Assembly: GCA_964602485.1 (NCBI GenBank)
Contig: CAZRQU010000004.1
Location: 946 to 63,587, forward strand
DNA: 62,642 nucleotides
From: an uncultured Gammaproteobacteria bacterium
GTDB taxonomy: Bacteria; Patescibacteriota; Patescibacteriia; Patescibacteriales; WJLG01
Direction of reading: 5' to 3'
The translations under genes and the position numbers were made by a program. Positions 34,169 to 43,191 of this stretch are shown piece after piece. The notes beneath the pieces were generated by a model. That model was not told the origin of the DNA and ran no database searches. It saw only the letters and a list, made by a program, of their open reading frames with translations. The first letter of the stretch is position 1, and each line of letters begins with the position of its first letter.

Positions 34169-34191
34169 TCTATCTTTAAAACCAGAAAACA

Positions 34192-34219
34192 AGGCTCGCT
34201 TAGCAGTGAGCCTTTTTTA
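34192..34219 (+). terminator. Intrinsic terminator
   Basis: aggctcgc-ttagca-gtgagcct followed by T6. Confidence 0.7.
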
Positions 34220-34314
34220 TTTATGAAATTTTTGACTTTTTTGGAATTTTATACTATGATTATCTGAACTGAACATTCTTATATAACGGTAATTTCAAAT
34301 CCAAGGAGGCAATC

Positions 34315-34956
34315 ATGAAAGACGAAGATCGTAAGTTTTTGCACGATCATTTTCAGACATCCGTAGAAAAGGTCATCGGAGGCAAACCGAAGTTGGCTGT
34401 TTTAGTGGACACGGAAGGGGCATTGGTGGAAGCTGTCAGCTCTATTGAAAGCTCCAATGCTGACGCGGTGGCCACCTCGATGAAAAAAGCCATCTTGTTG
34501 GCTCAGAGGGCGCTATGCTCGGGAAAAGAGATCTATTTGGAGAATGATCTGAATAAGCGACATGCTTGTTCCCAAGGGCGTTTGATAAAGCTGGGCGAAG
34601 AAGTGGTCGGTGCTTGGGCATTTCTTGTCTACGAAGAACCTTGTGAAGAGATCATCTTCCAGACCAAGTGCAGGGTAGCCAGTGAGAAAGGTTTGTGGGC
34701 CTATCCGCTCGCCGCTATTTGGAGCATAGCGCAAGAGTTCGGCGGATTGCATGATATATTCATTCGCCGGCTCAAAGATAATAGCATCAACTCCTTGGGG
34801 TCCATAGTGAGATTGATCTCAAAGAAGATCGGACACGAGGAAGAGCTGATCGTTTTTACCCATAGTTATAGTCTTCAGTCGGCTGTTTCCAAGATAGCCG
34901 ATCTTATAGAGGACCTTATAGAGGACCAGGAATTCGGGGATATAAAGATGATCTGA
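34315..34956 (+). CDS. Hypothetical protein (213 aa)
   Basis: AAGGAGG RBS. LAVLVDTEGALVEAV..AVATSMKKAILLAQRAL is weakly reminiscent of GlcG/HbpS-like folds, which is not enough to call. Confidence 0.5.
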   Translation: MKDEDRKFLHDHFQTSVEKVIGGKPKLAVLVDTEGALVEAVSSIESSNADAVATSMKKAILLAQRALCSGKEIYLENDLNKRHACSQGRLIKLGEEVVGAWAFLVYEEPCEEIIFQTKCRVASEKGLWAYPLAAIWSIAQEFGGLHDIFIRRLKDNSINSLGSIVRLISKKIGHEEELIVFTHSYSLQSAVSKIADLIEDLIEDQEFGDIKMI

Positions 34957-35345
34957 TTTCCCGATCCGTTTTCGCTTAGTCCTTTTAGGCATTGCTTAGA
35001 AGGACTTTCTTATTGGATAAAAAAACCCCGGCAATGGCTTTAAGGCTGTTGCCGGGGAGAATCAGTTCTTTTCATCTTGTTTGATCATTTTTATTTGTTT
35101 TGGTCAAGATTAAAAGGTTCCTACGATCGGAAATCGGATCTTTTGCTCACGGTCAAGATATTCTCGCGTGCTAAGAGTAAGAAAGATCGGTAAAAAATAG
35201 TACCTTTCATTGAAAGTTAATATTTGCTCAAACAAGCGGTCCGCAAGATGATCCGGTCCGTTTTGGGAGAGGTGTTTTAAAGCCCCTCTCTTTTTATTTG
35301 TATTATGTTACAATTTCCTTATAATTATAAGAAAGATGATCAATA

Positions 35346-35516
35346 ATGAAATCTATGGACAAATATAAATGCATTCCTTGCGGATATATCTATGATCCGC
35401 AAAATGGAGATGAAAAAGCGGGCGTTGCTCCCGGCACCGCTTTTGCCGATCTGCCTAAAGATTGGGTCTGTCCGGTTTGCGGAGCCGGCAAGGATCAATT
35501 CGAGAAAGTAAGTTAA
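35346..35516 (+). CDS. Rubredoxin
   Basis: Not in the track (56 aa). [56 protein letters not shown], with two CxxCG knuckles and the canonical spacing. Confidence 0.9.
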   Translation: MKSMDKYKCIPCGYIYDPQNGDEKAGVAPGTAFADLPKDWVCPVCGAGKDQFEKVS

Positions 35517-35521
35517 AGCCT

Positions 35522-36043
35522 ATGCAACCGATAGGGCCAATAATGATAGAGCACCGGTTAATAGAAAGGATAGTGCCGGTGCTTGAAAAAGAGATAAATA
35601 ATTTGGAAGCCGGCGGAGAACCTAACCGGGTCTTTTTGGCGCGAGTGCGGGACTTCTTCCATTATTATGCGGATATGGTTCATCATGGCAAAGAAGAGAA
35701 GATCCTTTTTGCCAGGATGAAGAAAAAGGAACTGAGACCGGAAGACGAACAGTTGATGGACGAGTTGATGAATGAGCACAAGCTGGCCCGGGAGACCGTA
35801 GGTCGGCTGGTAAAAGCCTCGGAAGCCGGTGACAAGGAAGAGGTGGTAAGCAAGCTAAAAGTGTTGGCAGAACTCTATCCGGCTCACATAGAAAAAGAAG
35901 ATAAGCGGATGTTCCCCGCCTCTATGGATTATTTTTCAGAAGCTGAGCAGGAACTGATGCTGAAAGAAGGCAAGGATCTTGATAAAGGGGTCGTGCACAA
36001 GGAATATGAAGAGGAGATGGCCGGCTGGGAAAAAAGAGCTTAG
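35522..36043 (+). CDS. Hemerythrin-like (HHE cation-binding) domain protein
   Basis: Start moved to ATG 35522, 3 nt after the rubredoxin stop. MIEHRLIERI, MVHHGKEEKILF, NEHKLARE and AHIEKEDKRMF His/Glu ligand pattern. Confidence 0.75.
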   Translation: MQPIGPIMIEHRLIERIVPVLEKEINNLEAGGEPNRVFLARVRDFFHYYADMVHHGKEEKILFARMKKKELRPEDEQLMDELMNEHKLARETVGRLVKASEAGDKEEVVSKLKVLAELYPAHIEKEDKRMFPASMDYFSEAEQELMLKEGKDLDKGVVHKEYEEEMAGWEKRA

Positions 36044-36113
36044 AATTTTGACAATAAAGGGCCGATGTATTAGATTGAGATGATATTGTTCTTTTTTAGA
36101 AAGGAGCCTTACT

Positions 36114-36809
36114 TTGAAAAAGGTTATTTTTTTGATGTTGCTGGCACTTGTGGGTTGTGCTTCCAGGAAATCCTTGACAATAAAAGCAGATATGGACATC
36201 AAGGAAGGCCATAAACTTTTAGCTCAAGGAGCGGCTGCTCATTGGAGGGGCCTTTACGGATGTAAGAAGCGGATAAAGTTGATACCTCTTGATACGGATT
36301 CTGCGCACGTGATAGAGGAGGCCGGACCGGGATGGATAGCCTATGGCGGTGGCTACGATATCAAGAGCGTGGTCCTTCATTCCATGACCCATGCCTGCAA
36401 GCCTGATAAGCCGACCTTGATCAAAAGAAGATTCTTACTCGGCCAAGATACAGTTGTTGGTTTTCATGGTTTGAATCTATTGATCAGGACCAAAGATGGA
36501 GAGGATACTTATTTTACCAAAATGGAAGAAGGCGTAGCTGAGCGGGCGGCGATATTTGCCGGCATGGGTTACACCTCATACAATTTCCATTATGTGAATT
36601 TGGCAACTATCACCAAAAATCGTTTTCCCAAAGACTATCAGCCGGACCCGGTGAAGTTCGTGAAGAATAACGATGTCTATGGTTTTGTGGCTGAATTTCT
36701 GAACAAGCCAAGAGCGGTGATCAGGCCTCGGGATGTAGTAGAGGTGGTCAATGTCTATCAGTGGGCCTGGAGCAAGACTCAGTTGATACCGGAAAGATAT
36801 CATTATTGA
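36114..36809 (+). CDS. Hypothetical lipoprotein (231 aa)
   Basis: TTG start after GAAAGGAG. Lipobox LALVGCAS. Confidence 0.55.
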   Translation: MKKVIFLMLLALVGCASRKSLTIKADMDIKEGHKLLAQGAAAHWRGLYGCKKRIKLIPLDTDSAHVIEEAGPGWIAYGGGYDIKSVVLHSMTHACKPDKPTLIKRRFLLGQDTVVGFHGLNLLIRTKDGEDTYFTKMEEGVAERAAIFAGMGYTSYNFHYVNLATITKNRFPKDYQPDPVKFVKNNDVYGFVAEFLNKPRAVIRPRDVVEVVNVYQWAWSKTQLIPERYHY

Positions 36810-36815
36810 TCGATG

Positions 36816-36846
36816 AGCGATGCTAGAAATGCATCGCTTTTTATTT
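36816..36846 (+). terminator. Intrinsic terminator
   Basis: agcgatgc-tagaaat-gcatcgct followed by a T-run. Confidence 0.7.
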
Positions 36847-36924
36847 TTACTTCGAAAGATGTTCTAAAGTTGAGTCCTTTTTTAAAGATCTTAACCTTGG
36901 AGCAGGTGACGACCTTTGAATATT

Positions 36925-36964
36925 AAAAAACCCGTTAGTTTTGCTGATCAGCAAAACTAACGGG
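36925..36964 (-). terminator. Intrinsic terminator (perfect 17-bp palindrome)
   Basis: cccgttagttttgctga/tcagcaaaactaacggg, with a T-run on the minus strand. Confidence 0.8.
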
Positions 36965-36971
36965 TGTGAGG

Positions 36972-37991
36972 CTAGACTGGCAGGCTTTCGATCATTTTTT
37001 TTAAGAAAGCGGAATCTTTTCCTTGGTTGAACTTTTGATCTATGGCCAGCGATTCTTGATAAAGCCTCTTGGCTTCTTGGTATTTACCCCGGACATGCAT
37101 TATCTCGCCTCGACGGAAGATAATTAAGCTTTTCAGATCCCAAACGTTTGCGTTTTTTGAATCTGATCCCAGGATCTCATCCGTGATCTTCTCGGCCTCA
37201 TCCAGAGCCTCAAGGGCGTGATCGAAACGGTTCATCATTCGCAGGAGCAGAGCCATTTCTTCATAGGCCGTGGCTACGTTCTTTTTGTTTCCGTCGGTTA
37301 TTTCCCGATGTTTGGCGAAGCAATTAAGATATAGCTTGCCATCCATTTTTTTGACAGTGGTCACAGTGTGGCATCTATTGCACATGGCTGTGCCTCCATC
37401 AAGCTTTTCTGCCGGAATGCCGAACGGTGCTCCGCAATTCAAGCAATTGGCCTTGATAGAGTTTCCATAACCGATCAGGTCAACTGTTGTTAGGTCTATG
37501 ACCTTGCGGATGGATGTCTTGGCAACTCCCTTTTTCTGCCCTTCTATCGATCTTTTGAAAAGATCGAGGGTTTTTTGTGCCATGTCGAATTCGCGCAGCT
37601 CCTTACCCCTTTCCTCAAACAGCTTGCCCGGATCATAATACGTCGTCATCCAATGTTTTATCCTGGATATTGCCCGGTTGTAATCTTTTATCCCCGGCGG
37701 AAGGAAAAACTTTCCTTTTAAGAATATCCAGGCAAAAGGAATTCCTATCAGGATCGCGATCGGTTCCCATCTCGGATCCTTGGCCAGATATACGAATTCG
37801 ATCCCGGAACGTTTTTGAGCTATGCCGGCAATGATCAGGGTTAATGCACCTGCCATCACGGCTTTCATTACCCGGGTGTTTGGCGGCCTTTGAAGGCCAA
37901 GCTCCAAAAGTCCGTATTTGGCCCATTCATTGGCTATGACCAAATTACAGATAAAAGCGACAGTTAAAAGGAATAATTCTCCAATGCTCAT
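36972..37991 (-). CDS. Membrane protein with cytoplasmic zinc ribbon and TPR repeats (339 aa)
   Basis: About 4 N-terminal TM helices. CLNCGAPFG..CNRCH zinc ribbon. C-terminal TPR-like helices (YEEMALLLRMMNRFDHALEALDEAEKI..; GKYQEAKRLYQESLAIDQ). Confidence 0.6.
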   Translation of the reverse strand: MSIGELFLLTVAFICNLVIANEWAKYGLLELGLQRPPNTRVMKAVMAGALTLIIAGIAQKRSGIEFVYLAKDPRWEPIAILIGIPFAWIFLKGKFFLPPGIKDYNRAISRIKHWMTTYYDPGKLFEERGKELREFDMAQKTLDLFKRSIEGQKKGVAKTSIRKVIDLTTVDLIGYGNSIKANCLNCGAPFGIPAEKLDGGTAMCNRCHTVTTVKKMDGKLYLNCFAKHREITDGNKKNVATAYEEMALLLRMMNRFDHALEALDEAEKITDEILGSDSKNANVWDLKSLIIFRRGEIMHVRGKYQEAKRLYQESLAIDQKFNQGKDSAFLKKMIESLPV

Positions 37992-38422
37992 ACCGGCCCT
38001 CCCGCTTCTCTGATCTTTTCCATGAACGATATACCTTGTCCGAGCATTAAGCTCATAAAGAAGAGAACGATGCTCAAAAGGATGGTCAACGCGATCCAGC
38101 CGAAAGATAACTCTTTGGCGGCTTGGAAATTATTTATCCAGCCGATGGGCGTGCAGACCAGAAAGCACATAGTGCTTATGGTTCTGGAAAAGAGCCCCCG
38201 GGGTATTTCGGCACTGGTGTTCAGTCCTCCCAAAAAGCCGACTATGGCTCCGGGAATAACGCCCCAACGCAAGGTTTTCACATAGAAGAAGGTCGGCGGA
38301 AAACCATCCATGGGAATTGTTTCCTTAAGCAGTATTCTGGCTACCCAGGCATAATAGATAATGCCCAAAAGTCCGCCGATCAGGACTCCTGTTAGAACGG
38401 ACAAAGACAATTTGTAACGCAT
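37988..38422 (-). CDS. Hypothetical 4-TM membrane protein (144 aa)
   Basis: ATGA overlap with the downstream gene. Hydrophobic throughout. Confidence 0.55.
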   Translation of the reverse strand: MRYKLSLSVLTGVLIGGLLGIIYYAWVARILLKETIPMDGFPPTFFYVKTLRWGVIPGAIVGFLGGLNTSAEIPRGLFSRTISTMCFLVCTPIGWINNFQAAKELSFGWIALTILLSIVLFFMSLMLGQGISFMEKIREAGGPV

Positions 38423-38579
38423 AAGCGCCTCCTTTTAAGAGTTTTTAAAGGTTCGATTTATTTTTTATTTATACTTTATATAGCGTTCTTTGTCAAATTA
38501 TTAGTTGACATATTTTAATTTTATTGGTATTTTATAGAACGCACTTTTAAAACAGGAATTTTCAGAAAAGGAGAATGTT

Positions 38580-39602
38580 TTGGAAAAATGGACGGAGTTA
38601 GTAGGGGAATTTTGTTCCCTGGTCGGCGATTACAGGCGAGAAGATGATATTACGGTCATCACACCCGGCCGAGTGAGTCGGTGGGTAAGGCAGTTCGAGC
38701 GTTACGGTTTTTCCCAGGATGGCATGAAAAGGATACTCAAATCCCTTTCAAGTGTTCTTAAACGCACTTATATCTCCAGGGAAAGGACGATAGATTTCCT
38801 TATCCGCTTGGTGAAGCGTGTAGAGAAGAGATCCGGAGTGGGAAAACATCATATCAATTTTCTCTCTTTACAGAAACAAGGGAAGAGCCAGTCCGATATG
38901 CTGGCTTTAACCGAGGAGTACGTATTGGGAAGGAGCATTGGGGATTGCGGAGGTTCCGACGTTTATCTTTATATGGATGATGTCGTTTATTCCGGCAATC
39001 GTTTTCGCTACGAATTGAGCGGTTGGATCAATGATCAAGCACCTAAAGGAGCCAGGATCTATTCCGGCCATATGGTAATGCACACTCAAGGCGCCCAATA
39101 CGCCATCGGTCAAATAAGAAAAGTGGCCGAGAGCAAGGAGGTGGCCTTTTTTTCGGCTAAACAAACTTCTTTTTCCAACAACAAGAAGTTTCGAACCTAT
39201 GAAGCCTTGTGGCCTCGGGCGATCAATGATCCGAAAGTACAGGAATATATCCGCAGGTCGCAAGCCAGGGCTTTGTCCAAATTCGGATTTGCCCCGATCA
39301 TAGCTCGCGATCATGCAGTTGAATGCGATCTTCTTTCCTCAGAGGAAAGAGTGTTTCTGGAAAATGCTTTCTTGGCTTGCGGTATCGAGTTGGTGAACGC
39401 CGCTGCCAGTCCAAGTCAGAATATGAGACCGATGGGATTTGAAGTTCTTGAAGGTTTCGGATTCGGGGCCCTAACGGTCACTTGGCGCAATATCGCCAAT
39501 AATTGTCCTTTGGCCCTTTGGTATGGCGATCCGGATAATTATCCGCAAGATCATCCTTTTGGTCAGTGGTTCCCTTTGTTTCCCAGAAAAGGAGGATATT
39601 AA
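38580..39602 (+). CDS. Phosphoribosyltransferase-like protein (tentative), 340 aa
   Basis: TTG start 6 nt after AAGGAG. SDVYLYMDDVVYSGNRF resembles the PRPP-binding loop (hydrophobic strand, D-D-x-x-x-S-G) of type I PRTases. The rest is unrecognised (C-terminal PMGFEVLEGFGFGALTVTWRNIANNCPLALWYGDP..WFPLFPRKG). Confidence 0.45.
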   Translation: MEKWTELVGEFCSLVGDYRREDDITVITPGRVSRWVRQFERYGFSQDGMKRILKSLSSVLKRTYISRERTIDFLIRLVKRVEKRSGVGKHHINFLSLQKQGKSQSDMLALTEEYVLGRSIGDCGGSDVYLYMDDVVYSGNRFRYELSGWINDQAPKGARIYSGHMVMHTQGAQYAIGQIRKVAESKEVAFFSAKQTSFSNNKKFRTYEALWPRAINDPKVQEYIRRSQARALSKFGFAPIIARDHAVECDLLSSEERVFLENAFLACGIELVNAAASPSQNMRPMGFEVLEGFGFGALTVTWRNIANNCPLALWYGDPDNYPQDHPFGQWFPLFPRKGGY

Positions 39603-40192
39603 TGAGTAGAGAAGATAATACCAGGACCTACAATAGGGAAGAGTCTGTTGTTTTTTTGAGGACCAAAGAGGTATTCGGCGGCCTGTCCAATATGGCAGCC
39701 GGATTTTCGTTAAAGGTCAATGGAGCTAGTATCAGGACAGCCGAGGCTTTGTATCAGGCCTGCCGTTTCCCCAGATACGCCATGGTCCAGCAGGAGATAA
39801 TCGATCAAGCATCGCCGATATCAGCCAAGATGAAGGCCAGGCGTCAGCAGACCAGATGGATGATCCGCAATGATTGGATGAACGTCCGCTTGAAGGTTAT
39901 GCGCTGGGTTCTTCGAGTGAAGCTGGCCCAGAACTTCGTTGATCTTGGCAGCCTTTTGGAGTCTACCGGCAATAAACCGATAGTGGAGGAATCTTCCAAG
40001 GGTGATGACTACTGGGGTACGATCGCGCAAAAAGACAATGAGAATATCTTGGTCGGCGTGAATGCCTTGGGTCGTTTGCTGATGGAATTGAGAGATGAAT
40101 ATCGCGAGAAAGGATCAAAAATGAAAGCGGTAGAACCTCCCAATATTCCAGACTTCCTTTTTATGGGAAAACCAATAGGAAGGATCCAATAA
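39602..40192 (+). CDS. NADAR (YbiA/DUF1768) family N-glycosidase
   Basis: Start ATG 39602 overlaps the upstream stop (TAATG). FGGLSNMAAGFSLKVNGASIRTAEALYQACRF, DDYWG and NALGRLLMELRDEY align motif-for-motif with E. coli YbiA (GDFSNFAAWPIKVDG..SEHYFQAQKF, DAYWG, NRLGYLLMELR). Confidence 0.85.
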   Translation: MSREDNTRTYNREESVVFLRTKEVFGGLSNMAAGFSLKVNGASIRTAEALYQACRFPRYAMVQQEIIDQASPISAKMKARRQQTRWMIRNDWMNVRLKVMRWVLRVKLAQNFVDLGSLLESTGNKPIVEESSKGDDYWGTIAQKDNENILVGVNALGRLLMELRDEYREKGSKMKAVEPPNIPDFLFMGKPIGRIQ

Positions 40193-40210
40193 TAGGATTC
40201 GTCTTGTTGG

Positions 40211-40238
40211 AACGGTGTTTTTTTAACACCGTTTTTTA
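40211..40238 (+). terminator. Intrinsic terminator
   Basis: aacggtgtt-ttttt-aacaccgtt followed by T6. Confidence 0.8.
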
Positions 40239-40350
40239 TTACAAGGATTGATAGTAGTTGACAAAGATGTTTTTTTTCAATATTATTATAGTCGCACGTG
40301 ATCAAATGATGTTCACGTTGTATTTCGAACCTTTATCAAAGGAGCGTTAA

Positions 40351-40554
40351 ATGGAAAACTTTGGACAGCAGGGACCGATCGAACAGGCGCCGATCGTCAA
40401 TCGTTTCGGCAGTGACGGAGCCACCTTCAAGGGCGCGGGTAATTCCCACATCACCCACGAGAACGGCCAGTTTCACGAAACCACCGAAATTCCCGGCATG
40501 CAGCAGGGCCAGAGGGTCAATATCAAGACCGATATTCCGCCCAACGGTTTCTAG
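40351..40554 (+). CDS. Hypothetical small Gly/Gln-rich protein (67 aa)
   Basis: Best supported of three overlapping ORFs: AAAGGAG RBS 7 nt upstream, TTGACA-N17-TATTAT promoter at 40258-40286, and its own terminator. No family recognised. Confidence 0.4.
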   Translation: MENFGQQGPIEQAPIVNRFGSDGATFKGAGNSHITHENGQFHETTEIPGMQQGQRVNIKTDIPPNGF

Positions 40555-40580
40555 AAAGCAAAGAGCCCATCGTTTCAAGG

Positions 40581-40610
40581 GGGGGTACCTGATCAGGTAT
40601 CCCTTTTTTA
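40581..40610 (+). terminator. Intrinsic terminator
   Basis: gggtacctga/tcaggtatccc hairpin followed by T6. Confidence 0.65.
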
Positions 40611-40707
40611 ATTGTCTGCAAGCAGCGAACCTATTTGCTTTTTTACCCTTTTTTGCTAAAATGCAATATTGCACTTTAAAAGAAACAAAGAACGAAAGGA
40701 GATAGAT

Positions 40708-42537
40708 ATGTGTGGTATTATCGGTTATATTGGTTCGCAGGGACAAGCGATCGAAAAAGTCTTGGCCGGCCTTAAGAATTTGGACCATCGCGGTTATGAT
40801 TCGGCCGGTTGTTGTTTTTTCTTCCCTAAGGGAGAGGCTAGTTCACACAAGATATCCAATCATGAAACCCCGCAATTCTCTATCAGGGATCTGGCTAACA
40901 AGTTGAATGGGGTGGATAAGGAGTGTCGTTTAGGGATCGGCCATACTCGGTGGGCGACCTACGGAGTGGTCAATGAGACCAATGCCCATCCTCATTGTGA
41001 TAAAAGCAAGAGGATATGGGTGGTTCATAACGGTAACGTCCTGAATTTTGATGAATTGAAGCAAGGGTTTGCCAAGGGTTGGTTCTATTCAGAAACGGAC
41101 ACGGAATTGATAGCCAACCTAATTTCGAGGTATATGGAAAAGGGAAGCTCTTTTTCTGAGGCGATCGAAAAGACAATGCTGGATATAGAGGGCGCCAACT
41201 CTATTCTGGTCGTTGACAAGAATGATCCGGAGAGGATGGCGGCTGCCAATCGAGGCGGAACTTTGATATATGCCAGAAGCCATGATGATGAGTTTTTGGT
41301 GGCTTCTGATCCGGAACCCTTAGAGAAGATGCTCAATCAGGACAAGTTTTCCTCTGTCGGGGACAATGAGATCCTAGTGATCACGGAAAAGAAGGAGGAG
41401 TCCTTCAAATTCTTTTCCGGAGCCAAACAGACCATTAGAGTAGTGGCAGAAAGGGAGTTCGATCACCTTATGGAAAAGGAGATCAGCGAGCAACCGGCGG
41501 CCTTTGAGCAAGCGGTAAAAGGCAGAATGGATATGGACAAGGGCACTACTCGCTTTGGGGGATTGGAGAGCCATATACGAGACTTGCGTTCAGCTGACCG
41601 TTTCCATTTTCTTGGTTGCGGAACGGCTCACAATGCTTGTCGCTATGCGGTCCTTCTTTTCAATCGTTTCGGTATCAAGGCTCAAGCTCATATTTCTTCC
41701 GAATTTTGCCATCAACATAACGGTTTCGAACATCCAGACAATTTTTTCATTATCAGTCAGTCAGGCGAAACTGCTGATTCCATAAAGGCTTTAGAGGAGA
41801 TAATGATAAAAGGTAATCCCGTATTCGGTATAATCAATCGAGAGGGGAGTCGGATCTGGCGAAAGACCGGCGCTGGCATCCATATTCGGGCCGGTAGTGA
41901 AAGGGCAGTGGCTTCGACCAAGGCCTTTACCTGTCAGTTGATGGCCATTTCCATGTTGGCCATTTATTTGGCTCGACAAAGGAAAATGACTGCTGATACG
42001 GCACAGAAGATAATGAAAGAATTGGAAAATTTGCCGGAAAAGGCCATGTCCATCCTTGATAGAAGCGATGAGATAAAGGCTTTGGCTAAGAAATACAGTT
42101 CTTATAGGAGTTTCTATTTTCTGGGTCGGTATTTCAATTCAGTGGTTGCGGCCGAAGGAGCGCTTAAGCTAAAAGAGGTCGCCTATGTCCATGCCGAGGA
42201 CTATCCTTTGGGAGAGATGAAGCATGGACCATTGGCCCTGGTGGATGAAGAGTTCATTTGTGTGGTAGTGGTTCCGCGTGATTCTACTTACAGTGAATCG
42301 ATCGGTAACATCCGTGAGATAAAGGCTAGAAAAGGCAAAGTTTTGGTGATCACTGATAACCCGAGTTTTGAACAAGGGTTAGCTGATGATATCATTCTAG
42401 TGCCATCAACCCTTGAATATCTTTCGCCTATCCTTTCGATAATCCCTTTGCAAGTGTTTGCTTACCATTTTGCTTTGTTCTTGGGGCTGGATCCGGACAA
42501 GCCACGGAATTTGGCCAAGACAGTAACAGTGGGCTGA
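40708..42537 (+). CDS. glmS: Glutamine--fructose-6-phosphate aminotransferase
   Basis: Start moved to MCGIIGYIGSQG (N-terminal nucleophile Cys), with GAAAGGAG RBS. 609 aa with two SIS domains and the C-terminal ..PRNLAKTVTVG. Confidence 0.95.
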   Translation: MCGIIGYIGSQGQAIEKVLAGLKNLDHRGYDSAGCCFFFPKGEASSHKISNHETPQFSIRDLANKLNGVDKECRLGIGHTRWATYGVVNETNAHPHCDKSKRIWVVHNGNVLNFDELKQGFAKGWFYSETDTELIANLISRYMEKGSSFSEAIEKTMLDIEGANSILVVDKNDPERMAAANRGGTLIYARSHDDEFLVASDPEPLEKMLNQDKFSSVGDNEILVITEKKEESFKFFSGAKQTIRVVAEREFDHLMEKEISEQPAAFEQAVKGRMDMDKGTTRFGGLESHIRDLRSADRFHFLGCGTAHNACRYAVLLFNRFGIKAQAHISSEFCHQHNGFEHPDNFFIISQSGETADSIKALEEIMIKGNPVFGIINREGSRIWRKTGAGIHIRAGSERAVASTKAFTCQLMAISMLAIYLARQRKMTADTAQKIMKELENLPEKAMSILDRSDEIKALAKKYSSYRSFYFLGRYFNSVVAAEGALKLKEVAYVHAEDYPLGEMKHGPLALVDEEFICVVVVPRDSTYSESIGNIREIKARKGKVLVITDNPSFEQGLADDIILVPSTLEYLSPILSIIPLQVFAYHFALFLGLDPDKPRNLAKTVTVG

Positions 42538-42549
42538 TCATTTGCTTCT

Positions 42550-42580
42550 AGCGCCTTTGAACGATCAAGGCGCTTTTTTA
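42550..42580 (+). terminator. Intrinsic terminator
   Basis: agcgcctt-gaacgatc-aaggcgct followed by T6. Confidence 0.8.
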
Positions 42581-42643
42581 TTTGTGATATGTTCTTGTAA
42601 GTCGTATAATGAAGATAGTGATATTATTAAACCATAAAATATT

Positions 42644-43120
42644 ATGAGATCAAAAGATCGGACAAAAGCTTTATTTTTTATCTTATTACCCTTAGCGGTC
42701 GGTTATTTAAGTTCTTTTTTATCTTTCAATTCGGCCGGACGAGTTTATGAAGTGCTTAAGCTCCCTTCTTTCTCTCCGCCTTCCTGGGTTTTTGCCCCGG
42801 TTTGGACCATTCTTTATATATTAATGGGCTTGGCCGCTTTTTTGATCTGGAAGAAAAGGGAAGAGAAGGAGGTTAATTTGGCTTTGGCTGTTTATTTTTC
42901 CCAACTTGTCCTTAATTTCTTCTGGAGCTTGTTCTATTTTGGACAGGGAGCTAGATTTTTAGCTTTTTTGGATATAATCCTGTTATTGTTGATGATAGCG
43001 TTTAATATTATTTTGTTCTCTCGAATACGCAAAATTTCCGCTTATCTATTAGTGCCTTATCTTCTTTGGGTCGCTTTTGCTTCTGTCTTGAACTATTCGA
43101 CTTGGATATTGAATAAGTAA
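42644..43120 (+). CDS. tspO: TspO/MBR tryptophan-rich sensory protein
   Basis: 158 aa, 5 TM. PSWVFAPVWTILYILMG and LVPYLLWVAFASVLN motifs. Confidence 0.85.
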   Translation: MRSKDRTKALFFILLPLAVGYLSSFLSFNSAGRVYEVLKLPSFSPPSWVFAPVWTILYILMGLAAFLIWKKREEKEVNLALAVYFSQLVLNFFWSLFYFGQGARFLAFLDIILLLLMIAFNIILFSRIRKISAYLLVPYLLWVAFASVLNYSTWILNK

Positions 43121-43153
43121 GAATTTTAAGATTTGAATTATAATATCGAAGTC

Positions 43154-43189
43154 AAAAAAACACCCCGCTGTAAAAGTAGGGTGTTTTTT
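43154..43189. terminator. Bidirectional intrinsic terminator
   Basis: aaaaacaccc-cgctgtaaaagta-gggtgttttt between convergent tspO and topA. Confidence 0.75.
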
Positions 43190-43191
43190 AT

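Noticed and set aside
40555-40707. glmS ribozyme upstream of glmS
   Set aside because: I looked for the conserved ribozyme core and found only a terminator, a small hairpin and a promoter. The spacer is also too short.
40336-40788. 150-aa minus-strand ORF and 114-aa + strand ORF overlapping the 67-aa gene and the glmS promoter
   Set aside because: Neither has an RBS, and they run across a terminator and a promoter. The 40351-40554 frame has the promoter/RBS/terminator support.
21400-42640. The 21-42 kb block as a discrete mobile island
   Set aside because: Its composition is similar to the right-hand 20 kb, it contains glmS, and there are no att repeats or integrase. The real discontinuity is the AT-rich left 21 kb.
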